64,000 bases of DNA from the NCBI RefSeq assembly GCF_003918875.1, contig NW_025765499.1, positions 1 through 64,000 on the forward strand. The letters run 5' to 3'. Numbering within the stretch: position 1 is the first letter of the stretch; every line of letters begins with the position of its first letter. The notes beneath the pieces were generated by a model. It saw only the letters and a program-made list of their open reading frames with translations, had not been told where the DNA came from and searched no databases. Below, piece by piece: positions 12,880 to 25,700 of this stretch. The position numbers were made by a program, and so were the translations under genes. Source of the stretch: Haliotis rubra (lineage: Eukaryota).

Positions 12880-14228
12880 CTTAAAGGGGGTTAAAGTATC
12901 GTAAAATTATTGTTCTCCTGAGAGGGTACATAAGTCCCAAAACTTTCAAAGTTAAGTTTAAGCTTACCGGTTTTTAAACGTTGTAGACCCGTGAAGGTCC
13001 GGGTTAAAATGAATCTTAAGTAACCCATGCTTGTAGTAAGAGGCGACTAATGGGATCGGGTGGTCAGGCTTGCTGGCTTGGTTGACACATGTCATCGGTT
13101 CCCAATTGCGCAGATCGATGCTCATGCTGTTGATAATAATAACAATAATAAATGGATATTTCTTATGCGCCATAGCCCATCCAGAGCATGCTCAAAGCGC
13201 TACATATAAAAGAGTCACTAGAGCTGAAGAGGAAGATATGACAATTCCTCAAAATGATCATGAGAATATTTCGCAGCATTTTTTATGGGATTAGGAAGAC
13301 TGTTCTACAGGGTTGGTGCTGCATATTTGAATGACCTATGGCCAAAGTGTTTGAGATGAACTTGGGGAACTGAGAGAAGATCTTGATTCTGGGAGCGGAG
13401 AGAACGGGCAGGCATATATGTTGACAACATCTCAGAGAGGTATGGAGGATCTAGGCCGTGTCTGCAGCGGAAAACAAGAGTGAGGATCTTGAAATGAATT
13501 CTGGCTTCAACCGGCAGCCAGTGCAGACTCTGGAGGATTGGTGTTATGTGAGACCATTTGGATGTTTTAGTGACAACTCTGGCGGCAGCGTTTTGAAGGT
13601 TTTGAAGTCTGAAGAGAAGATCATTGGAGATTCCAAACAGTAGGCTATTTTAATAGTCAATCCTGGAAAGAACAAGTGACTGAGTGAGAACTTTAGCTGC
13701 ATCTGTGGTTACAAGATGGCGGTTGTTACCAATAGAGTGGAGATGGAAGTAGCCTACTCTACAGAGATGGCTGATCACTGGATTGTCTAGTCCAGACTCG
13801 ATTATTTACAAACCGCCGCCATATAGTTGGAATATTGCTGAGTGCAGCGTAAAACTAAATTCACTCACTCATTTAAGGGTAGTATTTTTTATCTTTTAAA
13901 ATTCGGCTAAATGTTTCCTACAATCACCAGCAGCTGAAGGGATGGTGTCATCCAGCTAGGGTCCATGCAGGTAGCAAAGGCACTGTAAGTCCCCATGGTC
14001 CCTGGTATGGTGATCTACCCTCAGTTGTTGGCGACCAATAGCCCATTTGTACATTGTATTGCCCAGATAGTTTTCTACTTTTAAAGATATATGCTAGCTA
14101 GTTTTAACTCTTTTTGTGATACTCTAGTTATTTTACAGTTACGGTTATTTAACTACTTGTATTTATTGTGTATGAACAACCTTTCCGTCACTATATGGCT
14201 GAAATATTGCCGAGGTGAAGTTAAATGT
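12880..14228. mobile_element. Three-level nest: LINE 3' end > SINE C > L2-like 3' fragment
   Basis: LINE 3' block split at about 12985/13871. SINE C split at about 13133/13773 (..CATGCTGTTGAT | GATCACTGGATTGTC..). Inner minus-strand fragment 13134-13772 with a (TAT)n tail. Confidence 0.65.
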
Positions 14229-14229
14229 C

Positions 14230-15810
14230 GGTCAGATAACGATCAAGATGATCCAAGAGATGTTTAGTGGTGTCACATCCTCCGTGCCATACCAGACTCT
14301 TGTATCAGTACCCTGGACACTAGACGCACTGTGGATAGCATTGTAAAATTAGTTTCTAGCTGCTTTCGGACCGTCTACTTCACCTGGCAAGACAACATCT
14401 ATTAACAAATCCATGGGCTCCCCATGGGTTCACCTCTGTAACCGCTAATCACCGAGATCTTCATGACCAGCTTTGAAGAGACAGCCCTGACTACATCCCC
14501 TTTCCAACCACTCTGCTGGTACAGAAAGGTGGATGACACCTTCACCATCCTGGATCCCGACCACGATCCTGCCATCCTCCTCGACCATCTCAACAAGCAG
14601 CACCTGCGCATCCAGTTAACGATGGAGATAGAAGACCAACAGAAACTTCCGTTCCTAGACGTGCACTTGCAGAACTCCTCCAACAACATCACCTTTTCCG
14701 TCTACAGAAAACCCACCCACACTGACAAGTATATACATTACCTCTCCAACCAACACCCCCAGATCAAACGCGCCATTTTATCAACCCTAACCAGACGATC
14801 TAAATCCATCTGCGACCCTGAACATCTCCAAGCTGAAACAGTTCTTCTAAGAACCACATTCATCAACCTCAACGGCTATCCCAAACGTCTTGTAGACAGA
14901 ACCATAGCATCGACCCTCCAACAGAAAGATGAACGCCAACCCAAACCTGAGCCATCCCCGATTAGAATAAACATTCCCTACCAAGGTCAGATCAGCCACC
15001 ACATCAGCCGACTGCTCAAGAAAACTGCCGGTATAGATGTGACCTTCAGCTCTAACAAAACACTAAGAACCATTTTGAAGGCCAATGGTAGATGTACCTC
15101 AACCAACATCCCTCAGAAGCCCAGGGGTTGCATGTACAAACTAACGTGTGACTGTGGCAGCAGCTATGTAGGAGAGACATCCCGCCCCATTGGCATTAGG
15201 CTCAAAGAGCACAAAACGTCGGTAGAGAAATCACATCTAAAGTCAGCCCTTTCTGAACACATTGTGAACAATCCATCACACTCCATTGACTGGCAAGCTA
15301 CAACCATCATAACATCGAACATCCGTGACTGGCGACGACGCAAGATTTCAGGGTCTATCTGCATCAAAAGATTAGCGCCACAGATGAACAGAGATCAAGG
15401 AGTTTACCAACCCAATGCCTGGGAAATTAACTAGACTCATGGCTTCACCAATCTCTCGATCTTAATCCACTGTAACAGCATCATCCCTACATTTTGTATC
15501 TTACTTTGTATCTTATCCTAGCTTTTGTATATCATTAGACTATCTGCCACCGTTTTCTACAGCAATTAGACTCAATGGCTTCTACCACTTACCCACTGAA
15601 TCCACTGTAACAACACCATATCTGCTTTTGTATAATTTATTCTTTCATCTTATATCCGCTATTTATTGTATATACATGCTTAAAATCACCCTGGCTTCGT
15701 GAACATTACTAGTATATATATCCTGTACAACTGTTAGTAAGTACTCACCTGACGAAGGGGCAAGGAATAGCCCATAAACGTTGTGTATATAATAAAGAAG
15801 AAATTGATAT
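14230..15810 (+). mobile_element. Penelope-like element (RT C-terminal part + GIY-YIG endonuclease), 5'-truncated
   Basis: ORF 14463-15434: WYRKVDDTF, LPFLDV, VYRKPTHTDKY, GCMYKLTCDCGSSYVGET..RLKEH (GIY-YIG). Upstream MGSP motif. Degenerate hammerhead and AATAAA at 15746-15796. Confidence 0.9.
15746..15785 (+). ncRNA. Degenerate minimal hammerhead ribozyme in the Penelope 3' LTR
   Basis: CAC-CTGACGA-A-GGGGC(AAGGAATA)GCCC-A-TAAAC-GTT-GTG. Stem I is CAC/GTG; G12 is mutated to T. Confidence 0.55.
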
Positions 15811-15814
15811 CCAT

Positions 15815-16370
15815 AATATTTTGTCTTATAATAACAAGTCTTGTTGATCTCTGGCTACAAATACCACCCCATATCATGACGCTGTTTGGAGGCAGTCGCT
15901 CACTTCTACGTCTAAAGGTTCGAACTGTGCCATGGTTTCTGAACCGACTTAACCGATTTTCATCTTTAAAGAGCACTCTCTTGCTCACTGCAGTCGGTGT
16001 AGACGGGTTAAGGGCCATTCCACAGCGGGCTCGGTAGGCTCCTATACCAGTCATACCAAGTCTTCGAAGGACTCTTCGTCTGCTGATGGCGTGTCCCAGT
16101 GCTGTCGCCATCGCTGCCGTCACGAATCTGTTCTGGCGGTATATCAATTGCTGATGGTGGCCTGGCTGCAGTTGGAGGTTCTTGTCTGCTGACGTTGTGA
16201 TGCACCCATATTGGCCATACCGATCCCTCTGTCACGTTGCGCTTGCGTAATTCTTTTTTTTCGTTACTGCATACTTGCTCTGTCCATCATCGGTATGTAT
16301 ACCAAAATCATGCACGTTCATTTGGAATAATGTCCAACAATTATGTTTTTCACGTTTTTGAAAAATGCTC
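15815..16370 (-). mobile_element. Tc1 transposase remnant
   Basis: ORF 15734-16147 contains ISRRRVLRRL, VLFKDENR (VLFSDES) and SVMIWGGIC. Confidence 0.75.
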
Positions 16371-16799
16371 GATTCGTACAAAGTTTTCGGACAGCTCCGT
16401 TGTTATTGGGACCATGCTGCCCTTTGGCGAATGCTTTCTGCTTGGGTTCAAACCTGCACCAGCGTTGTTTTTTTAGTGTTTGTATACAATTATTTGAAAA
16501 GTGATAACTTTCCTTGCCCGGTAGTTTATATTCGGAAAGGTGGTGTTCCCAATGTTTGGTTGATTTCCCTCTGCATCCGATTACAGTCCTGTTCAACTGA
16601 ACAGCACTACCTAACTCATCACTGGTTACTTGTACTCGTGTTGTACTCTGGGTTTAGTGATGAGACGCCCAGATCAGATCATTTGATACCCCGATCTATG
16701 CAGTCTGGAATCTTGACCGCTGGGAGGACACTGACATGTAAACTTCGCGATCAGTGGGCGTGGCCGACGAGTGTTACCTTTTCCTCAATTGCGATCGCC

Positions 16800-16990
16800 C
16801 TTGTCTGATCGACGTCATGCAGTCTTGTGTATGCTTGTTTAAGATCTCTTTAACAAGATATTTACAAGAATCATAGGAATCATCATGCTCACTCTCCTTA
16901 ATGTTATATAACACCACATTATAGGTGTGTGCTTCAAGGTTGTCTAGGTCATCGGTGAATTGGATAAGAAGTGGTGACACAGATTAATTG
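16800..16990 (-). mobile_element. LINE ORF1-like fragment
   Basis: LDNLEAHTYNVVLYNIKESE resembles the LE...NLxxxGIxE RRM entry of ORF1 proteins. Confidence 0.4.
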
Positions 16991-17881
16991 AGAGTGATTT
17001 TTACCAGTGACACCAACATGGCTGGGCGACCAACAAAAAGATGATGTCGTATTCGCCAGTAACACATCATTACCTATTTCAGCTATATGTCAAGCAAAAC
17101 TGGGTGCTACCATGACCTGTTTTTAATAGCTTGAAGACAGGACAACGAGTCCAAAAATATTATGAATTGCTAATGTTTAGACTGTTTGATATATCTCAGA
17201 GCTGAACAAATGGAAGAGTTATCTACTTGATAATGTATTGAATCCAATGACAGTGGCGCTGGTGACTGTGCCTCGATCCTTCGATCCATCTGTAGATATA
17301 TATTTGTAGGTATTATATGTACTTCTTATCCGATTATATTCTTGTTAATACTGTAACTGAAATGTTTCTGATTTATCTTGTTTGCGTAATGTGAGGTCCA
17401 CTTGTGGATTTACTAATTGCTAATGTGGAGAAGAGAGCAAGTATATGATCGAGTTCAATATCAGATGCTGAAATGAAAGGTTTAATTCCCAGAGGTGAAA
17501 TAAGCAATGTCTTTCTACTGTAAAAGTGTCATAAAAATAGGATAAAATACACATTGTATGCAGGGTTGACCTCAGTAGAATATAACGTGTCTATGTAGTG
17601 CAAATATAGTTTAATGCGGCGTTGTTTAATGATTGGTCGCTAGCTCAACGTAAAGAGCCAAGGCATAGTCTCAGGCCTTGATGGTGAATAGAATCAAGCA
17701 GTTTAAGGTTGCTTTTACAGGCTCCATCAAACATGATGCAGCCATATTAGAGTTTTGAACGGCCAAGTGTTCTATATAAGTGAAGGAGGGACGACTTGAA
17801 CACCTTTACTTAATCTAGTGCCTTCAACCATTTAGCTTTAACATAATTAACATGTGACAAGAAGGTATGATGATTATCAAA

Positions 17882-18085
17882 TCAAAAATGATAGCAAACA
17901 TTTGGGGTTTCCTTTACTACTTTATTGGGTGTGCCATTTGGTATGTATTTTCGACAGAAAAGGATGCAATGTTGTGTGTTTGGTTTAGATTTAGACAATC
18001 TCAGACCATTACGCTCTGACCAATCATGAATTCTATTCAGACAAAGCTGCAACTGTTTCTCAACCATGGGCATATTTTACTTCTA
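17882..18085 (-). mobile_element. I/Nimb-type LINE RT fragment
   Basis: EKQLQLCLNRIHDWSERNGLRLSKSK (post-YADD RT motif). Confidence 0.6.
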
Positions 18086-18618
18086 TATTAAAACGAGAGT
18101 GTTGGGGAATCAGCTCGCTTGACAATACCAACCCACATATAACATATGAACAACACCTGAGTAAATAAACGAGGAGTTTATTTCACAGCCACTGAACGAT
18201 GTATATAATTAACCAATGACAGAAAAGTTTACAATTAATTATTAGAACATGTTAACAATGCAATCACCCACGACACATACATTAATCACGATACATATTC
18301 CAATTAACACAACAATAGTTCCGTACTCTACACATCACCTCAGTGGATGTTCACACAATCTACATTATATATATGTCCAGAACAGCATAGTGTTTACAAC
18401 GTAATACAATAGTTAAGATACCCGACACACTCTATACATTCTATAATCGTCACAAAACAGCGTAGTGTTACTCAGTATTAAGTAACGAATGATCCTAAAC
18501 AGTAATGCAGAATTTATTAGATATATATTGAAGATGCCACGTTCCACATAAACCTGAAGGTAGTGCCAAGGGTAACACATAGTAAAGAGATGTCCAATAA
18601 GATTTAAGTTAACATAGA

Positions 18619-18975
18619 GGTGAGGTGAGGTGAAATTGGGTTTAACGTTGTGCTTGAGAATATTTCGCTCATATGACGACGTGCATGCGTGTGTATGTGT
18701 ATGTGCGGCTGCATGTACTAGACCAGACTTAAGCTGGTTTTATAGTGCTAGCCCAATGAGATACCATGCCGCAGTCAAGCATGAATACCCCACTCAGACA
18801 CATTATACTGACTCCGATCCCGCCAGTCCTTGTTGTACCCTTTAATGCCGAGCACCAGGCAGGGACCAACAAGTACCATATTTTAACGTCTTTTGGTATG
18901 ACGCGGTCGGGGATCGAACCCGCGACCTTTCGCTTTCCGGGCGGACGCTCTAACCACTACATCACGGAGGCGGTC
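18619..18975 (-). mobile_element. Full-length tRNA-derived SINE family A
   Basis: tRNA head, core, (TCACC)3 tail. TSD AAGTTAACATAGA / AAGTTAGCATAGA. Confidence 0.85.
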
Positions 18976-20669
18976 AAGTTAGCATAGAATAGCAATAGTA
19001 GAGATTTATTGAACTAGAAGACATTAAAGTTACACACCTGAATACATTTGCTAAAGAGACCATGGTTAGTGACTGCCATCCGTATTATAGTATATACGTA
19101 TTCTAGCTATCGGAGATAATCGCGTTTACAGATATGGGAACTTGAAGTGATGTCATTCAGTTGGACCAAAGCATTGATGGTCAGTCGCGAGCATGCCATG
19201 AAGGTATATAGCGCACGCGTGTGATTTGACCGTGGAATTTAAACATACAACACAGACAAACGTATTACTGGTTCTATTAGTTTAAGAGACACTTGTCCCG
19301 GATAATGTCGAAGCATATTATCAGTGTGACCCTTTGCAGTTTTCAGATAGTGTAACGTGGTCATTTATCTGAAATATTTCCAATTTTCAATAACATGCCA
19401 TATCATAAAATTTTGGGTAAACTTTGTTGACGAAACATTAGGATCATCTACAAATAATGACCCATTAAAACTTAAGATAAGCGATTTAGTTTTATATTAA
19501 ACAACGTTACCAAGAATACGCTGTCTTGTTGTACGCTCTGATCTTGATAATAATAACATAAAATAAGGTGAAATATTGCTGCAAACTGTGATATAAAATG
19601 TAACATCGGCCGCTCGAACGATTTCATGAAGATTTGTTAACATTATATTGTTGCCAGGTTATATCATTGGTTTGCTTATTAATAATGCCATTGTTAAAAA
19701 ACGTTTCCAATCTAACCAAATGATCAATGGTACTTCTATTTTTCCTAAAACCACATTGCATATTTGTGATCAGGTTATTTGTTTCCAATTACCATATTAA
19801 TCTGTTATTGACCATTCAGTCCATCGTTTTACAGAGGCAACTAATAAGCAATATTGCCCTGTAATTTGAAGGATCAGTATGATCCCGACAGGTTTCGGTA
19901 TTGGAATTATTTCAGTATTTCGGCATGATGACGGGAAATAATCCCATTGTCAACATGTTATCAAATACATTTCATAATGAGTGTTATCAGTATCCTGAGT
20001 TTGCCATGAGGCAGCATGTAGCTCATGAATAAAAAAAACAAACTTGTAGATCCTCACCATTATCTGAAGCAATTTGATTATCTCATTTGTTTCTGCCTGC
20101 TCATTAAATGTTTTAAATTTCGGCGTAAGTTGGTTGATCACTATCTGGATGAGCATTAGTCTGGACATGAAACACTGATTCACGTCAACTAATGCATCTC
20201 TAAGTGAACCTAGTGGCAATCATCGTACAATGAGTCCCCAGTTAAGCCATGTTTGTTATATTTAGAGCTGACTTAAGAATCCTGGATGGTCAATATCGAT
20301 GACTTTGCTTATTGTCTCCATGCGGTATTTGCATAGATAACTCCTCACTTACTTGAGTTGTCACTGACATGCCATCACACTGTCAGGTTCATTTGATTAT
20401 GGAATGCGTAAAAAGTCGTTCAATAAATTTTGAACGCCCAAATTATTTTGGCTTTACGTAGATGGGTCACACAGACATGTTTACAGCAATGACAGAAACT
20501 ACGTCACACCTGTCTAGACACATACCATTGATCCAACATAAATTATTACTGAAGGAACCCACACAACACATTACATCTCTTGAAACTCCCACACTTGAAA
20601 TAGTGATTATATCTGAGGCCTTCCATCGCAGCGGAGAGTTCTAATGTAGAACCCTGGACGAATTCCTTT

Positions 20670-21788
20670 CTATACACAAAACACCAACAGGGACATCAGT
20701 GCCAGCAGCAGGAACACCCCAAACAAAACGTGGTCTGTGCGGCGGATATTTGACTGAGACTTCAGACGTTCGTTACTGTTCATGTTTACTTTGTCATTTC
20801 CTGGCTGAACACCTGTCTTGGTTTGAAATAGGAGCCCCTTATTCCGGACATTGAGTGTGGCCATAGTTGTGATGATAGCAAGACAGCTTTGGCAAAGAAC
20901 GAGGGTCAGGTACACAGACAGTCGGCACACCTCTCCAGACTTGGGGATGGAGTCATTGACAAAGTTCATGAACACTGCATATGACACAAATATGGAGATG
21001 AGGTAGGACATCTTCTCCCCGGAGTCGGCTGGTAGGAGGAACACACAGGCGTTGAGCACAGAGAGAAGAGTCATGGGTAAGATGATACTCACTATATAGA
21101 ACATGCTTTTGCGTTTCAGAAGAAACTCAAACGATGCAACGGTTGATATCCTTCTCATTTCGACGTCTTCCACTTTCGCAAGTATGTCAAGCAACTCCCA
21201 CTCACTGTTCTCAATGAAGAAAGTCGGTCGGTCCGTAAGGATGGAACCAGTGGCACGTACATCAAGTGTGTAACCATTGACAGGCAGGATCAGAATACTG
21301 CATCGCTGCTGGTCAAACGGGTACAGAGTTATGTCTATCTGACAACTGGTCTTAAAATTCTGAACTATTAGAAGGGTTCCAGTTCCTTCGCTCCGAATGC
21401 TTGGTGACTGTACTGACGCCGGTACAACGTTGTCGATTCCGTTAGGGATGACAACTGACGGCACCCACACATAATCTTCTGAGATGGTCACACTTTCAAT
21501 ATCATCAAATTCAGTTTTGTTCCAAGCCAGATTTTGGTCAAACCAGCTCATGCTGACACCGGCACTAAAGGTGAATGTCTGATCGGCTGCATTGAGATAA
21601 GAGATGGACATTGGCAGTATACTTATGTTCACCTGTTTGTCATCGGTTTGGTCAACACTGATTCCTGCTTCAGCAGCGTTACCTTTGAAATGTGTCTTCA
21701 GCTTCTTTATTGGCGACTGGATTCCATTAGAGCTAGCCCCTGATAAAATGACGAGAAGCAACAGTGTTGATGCCGAAGTGAAAACCAT
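20670..21788 (-). CDS. Intronless divergent Cys-loop ligand-gated ion channel subunit (nAChR-like, predicted cation-selective), copy B, 372 aa
   Basis: Signal peptide, WFDQNLAWN, VWVP, Cys-loop CQIDITLYPFDQQRC, NSEWEL, LKRK-M1, LPADSGEK-M2, M3, short loop, M4. No vicinal CC and no loop-B Trp. Confidence 0.93.
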   Translation of the reverse strand: MVFTSASTLLLLVILSGASSNGIQSPIKKLKTHFKGNAAEAGISVDQTDDKQVNISILPMSISYLNAADQTFTFSAGVSMSWFDQNLAWNKTEFDDIESVTISEDYVWVPSVVIPNGIDNVVPASVQSPSIRSEGTGTLLIVQNFKTSCQIDITLYPFDQQRCSILILPVNGYTLDVRATGSILTDRPTFFIENSEWELLDILAKVEDVEMRRISTVASFEFLLKRKSMFYIVSIILPMTLLSVLNACVFLLPADSGEKMSYLISIFVSYAVFMNFVNDSIPKSGEVCRLSVYLTLVLCQSCLAIITTMATLNVRNKGLLFQTKTGVQPGNDKVNMNSNERLKSQSNIRRTDHVLFGVFLLLALMSLLVFCV

Positions 21789-22789
21789 GGCTTCTGTGTT
21801 TTGCAGGCTTGTTCGCAGTGTAATTATTTCAGCTCTTACTTAAAGCTCTATCAGTGACTCTAATTCCTGTATGCGCTGGAATGAAAGTTCACATGGATCC
21901 ATTGAGCTTGGAATTAATGACCATTAACTTTGAAAACATCCTTTCACACGAAGTAAGCACATTAAAATTGATGATTGTTGCCATTTGTATTGTAATCCCT
22001 ATCGGTACCTTCGGTATTTATGTTAAATCACGAAGCTTTGCAATACTGTATCAAGGGTAATGACAATAAATGAAGACATGTAAACATTTTCGTTAATTAC
22101 GCAGAGCTTGCCAGTGGAAATATATAACGTTACCATGACAACGTAACATCAATCAACTTCTGGATCGTCCGCTATTTGTACCTGATTCTTCAATCAGTCC
22201 ATTAACGACTGTTTGGATTCTTTTCATTAAGGTCTGCCCAAATCGCGGCCTCCACTACTGGGCGACAGGCTATATATTTACTTAAGAACTGGTGGTTAAA
22301 TATTTTCACAACACTTTCATCGATAGTATGACAAAGTATACGTAAACAAGACAACGCCCATCGTTACGTTTAATGCACGAAAACGTTCTTTCAGTAGTTT
22401 CGAGAAACAAAGTCGTCGATAAATGGGCGAAAGGTAAACAATGACACACCCTATTTTCAACACCGACATATGCGTTGATATTTAGTGTCAGCTCGCCATT
22501 GTCACAAAATTGTATACATAAAACATGGATCTGAACGACCACATTAATGAAATGTAATTAGCATCTTTCTTTTAGGAAAAGTGAAGACGAAAATATCGCA
22601 GATTATGTCTCGTATCTTTTATTACACAGGTAACAAACACCAACCATTCCTTCACCTTCACAGGTTTGTTTCAAACATATTTTATTCACAGAGAAAAGGA
22701 TTAGGAACACGTTCTCCAACTTATACCAACTCCAAAGAATACCCTCTCCTTAGCTTGTACATAGGTAATTTAGATTCCCGCAAATAAAG

Positions 22790-25700
22790 ATGACAGATAG
22801 TGGACAAGAAAGGATAATATAAATAAAAAGAGATAGGGCTTATACAGAATAATATCAATATGCTATACAAATCGTTTTGTCTCACTAATGAACGATTGCA
22901 CTAACTTGAATACATTTGTATTTTCACATGATGATAGGTCTGCACTTTCATCTAACAGAAGTTTAAGGTCAGCTGAAATATCTACTGATGAACAAATGCG
23001 CTTAACAGATAAAACGAAGTTAAATCTCCGTTGTTTGTACAATAGACATTCAAACAGATAATGATACGAGTCTTCAATAGAATCACCACATATACAAATG
23101 GAATCAGTTTTCAATCCAACTCTGTACAAATCAAAGTTCAAACAACTAACAGAATAACGCAACTTGGTATGAGTAATATTTAATTTTCTTTTACCACACT
23201 AATAATACTGAGGTGCATATGCATGGTTATCGGTTATACATGATTTAAAAGTTGAAACACTTTTTGAATTAAGAACGGTGGTTGGTATATTGCTCCAAGA
23301 GCATATTGTAGATGGAAAGAAGGATTCTTTTGAATGTTTAAGTCTTGGAATAGGAATCGATATACATTAAGAGTACTGCGTAGCTTATACTTTGATTTAG
23401 AACTAACATTCAAGGGAAGCAGTTCTATTAGATATGGAGGAGCCATTTCATTTTGAATTTTATACATCAAACATAGGTTTCGTTTTCTACGACGATCTTG
23501 TAATGTTGTCCATCCAGTTTCAAAATAAAGAAATTTACGTGATGTATATTTTCGTTAACCAGTAACTATTCTCGCTGCTTGTAACTGAATCTGTTCTAGT
23601 TTATGTATTTGTTTAAGAGTACACCCGTCCCAGACTTCACATGCGTATTCAAGATGCGGCCGAATGAACACGGTATATATCTTATTAAGAGTACCCCTAC
23701 ACAATACATATTTCAATAGTCGCATGGAGATAAGCATTTTTGAAACTTTTTGTATCATATTTTGAATATGGCCAGCCCATTTTCCGCCGTGGGTAAGGTT
23801 AACTCCAAGATGTTTATGATTATCAACAATTTTAATTTCAATACCATCAAAGTAAAGATGTGGTATGTCGATATCATTTTTCATCGAGAATAGGACAGCT
23901 TCCGTATTTTCTGGGTTGTACTTAATTAGCCGTCTTTTACCTCAAATATTTAACTTACATAAATTAGCATTTAGGTTCATTTCAATAATCCTGTTATCTG
24001 GTGAAGAGTGACCCCAAGACGAGTCATCAGCAAATAGACGCGTTAAGCAATCTAATTCATCTGCTATATCATTAATGTATACAATGAATAAAAAATGGCC
24101 AAGAACTGACCCCTGTGGGACACCAGCGCTTAGAGTCCTCAGCTTGGAAACTGACCCATTGACAAATACACTCTGAGTGCGATTACTTATATAACTAGCT
24201 AACCATCCCAACAGCTGTCCGCTTACACCATAGTTGTCAAGTTTCAACAATAATCCTCTGTGCCAGACACGATCAAACGCTTTTGATATATCGCAAAATA
24301 CCATACAAAAAAAATCTGTTATCCAATGATTCACAAACCCGGTGGTATATTTCAATTAATTTATCTACAGTGAAATGTCCTGGCTAAAAACCAGACTGAT
24401 ATTTATACAGGAGCTTGTTAGCATGAAAAGAATGAAACAGGTGTTTGAAGACAACTGTTTCAAATACTTTACCAACACAACTTATAAGGGATATTGGTCT
24501 ACAGTTGGCAGCTAAAGTTGGATCACCTTTCATGAAGAGAGACATAACATTGGCAACTCTCCACTCAGAAGGGTACACACGTGTTTGCAAAAACATATTG
24601 AACAACAAACACAAAACGTTACTTATTGAGTGTACAACGTGTTTCAACAGTTGATGACATAATATTCTGTCACGACCGGACGCCTTTTTCACGTGTAAAC
24701 ATCTAATGACATCTTCAATTTCAAATATGGATATAGTTAGGGTGTCAAAGGTTAGGTTCGTTTATTGAAATATGGTAGACATACATTTTTTCCATCCACT
24801 AATGAAATAGATTGGAAATACTCATTCAATCTTTCCGCTTTTTCACAGTCAGAGAAACCAGATGGACTTTCATGATCATCATTAGATTTAAGAGACGGTA
24901 TGCAGGTATTCGCGCCAAACTGTTTTACTAGATAACGTAGTAGCTTCCAATATGAACTTTTGCTTTCAGCATATGAATCCAGGCGAAAAGTGTCTACATT
25001 AGCAAAACATTTTCTTCTGCATAATATTTCATGTTATTGATTTTTTGTCGTTGCTTTTTGAATTTTGTAATATCTGATAACAGCGTTGTTCTTTTTGCTT
25101 TTCTGCGTAGCCTGTCCCTTTTCCTGCATTCACGTCTTAGACATGAATCGAACCATGGTTTGGCATTTGGCCTTATAGTGACTTTCTTTGTTGGGGATAC
25201 ATGATTTGAGAAATATACTGGTAAAATATTTCACAAGCTTGATTTAGAATCCTGACAATTTACTGACAATTAAGTCCAATCTGTTTCATTGATAAGTGCA
25301 TTTAAGGATGTATAATCACCTTGGGTGTAACATAATATATCTCTGGTATATGAAATGTGTGTATTAACTGTCATAGTTAGTGCCACGTAAGTGCCCTTGC
25401 GATCACTTATCGATCCGTCGAATTCAATAACTCCACAATCATCAATTATTTCTACTTTTCGCTGATTATAAGTGGATCAAGCAAAGTACTAGAATGTTGC
25501 GTTACCCTTGTAGGCTCTGTTATAATATTTTTCAAACACTTATTTAACATGATATCTTTAAGGTGATTACCTCTACAAGACAGAAGGTCAGCATTCAGAT
25601 TACCTATTATAGTAATTCGACTTGTAACACCTAGAGCATTTTCAATACTTACGTCTAATCATTTCTAGAATTCTAGAGACTTATACTCGGGTATGTATGC

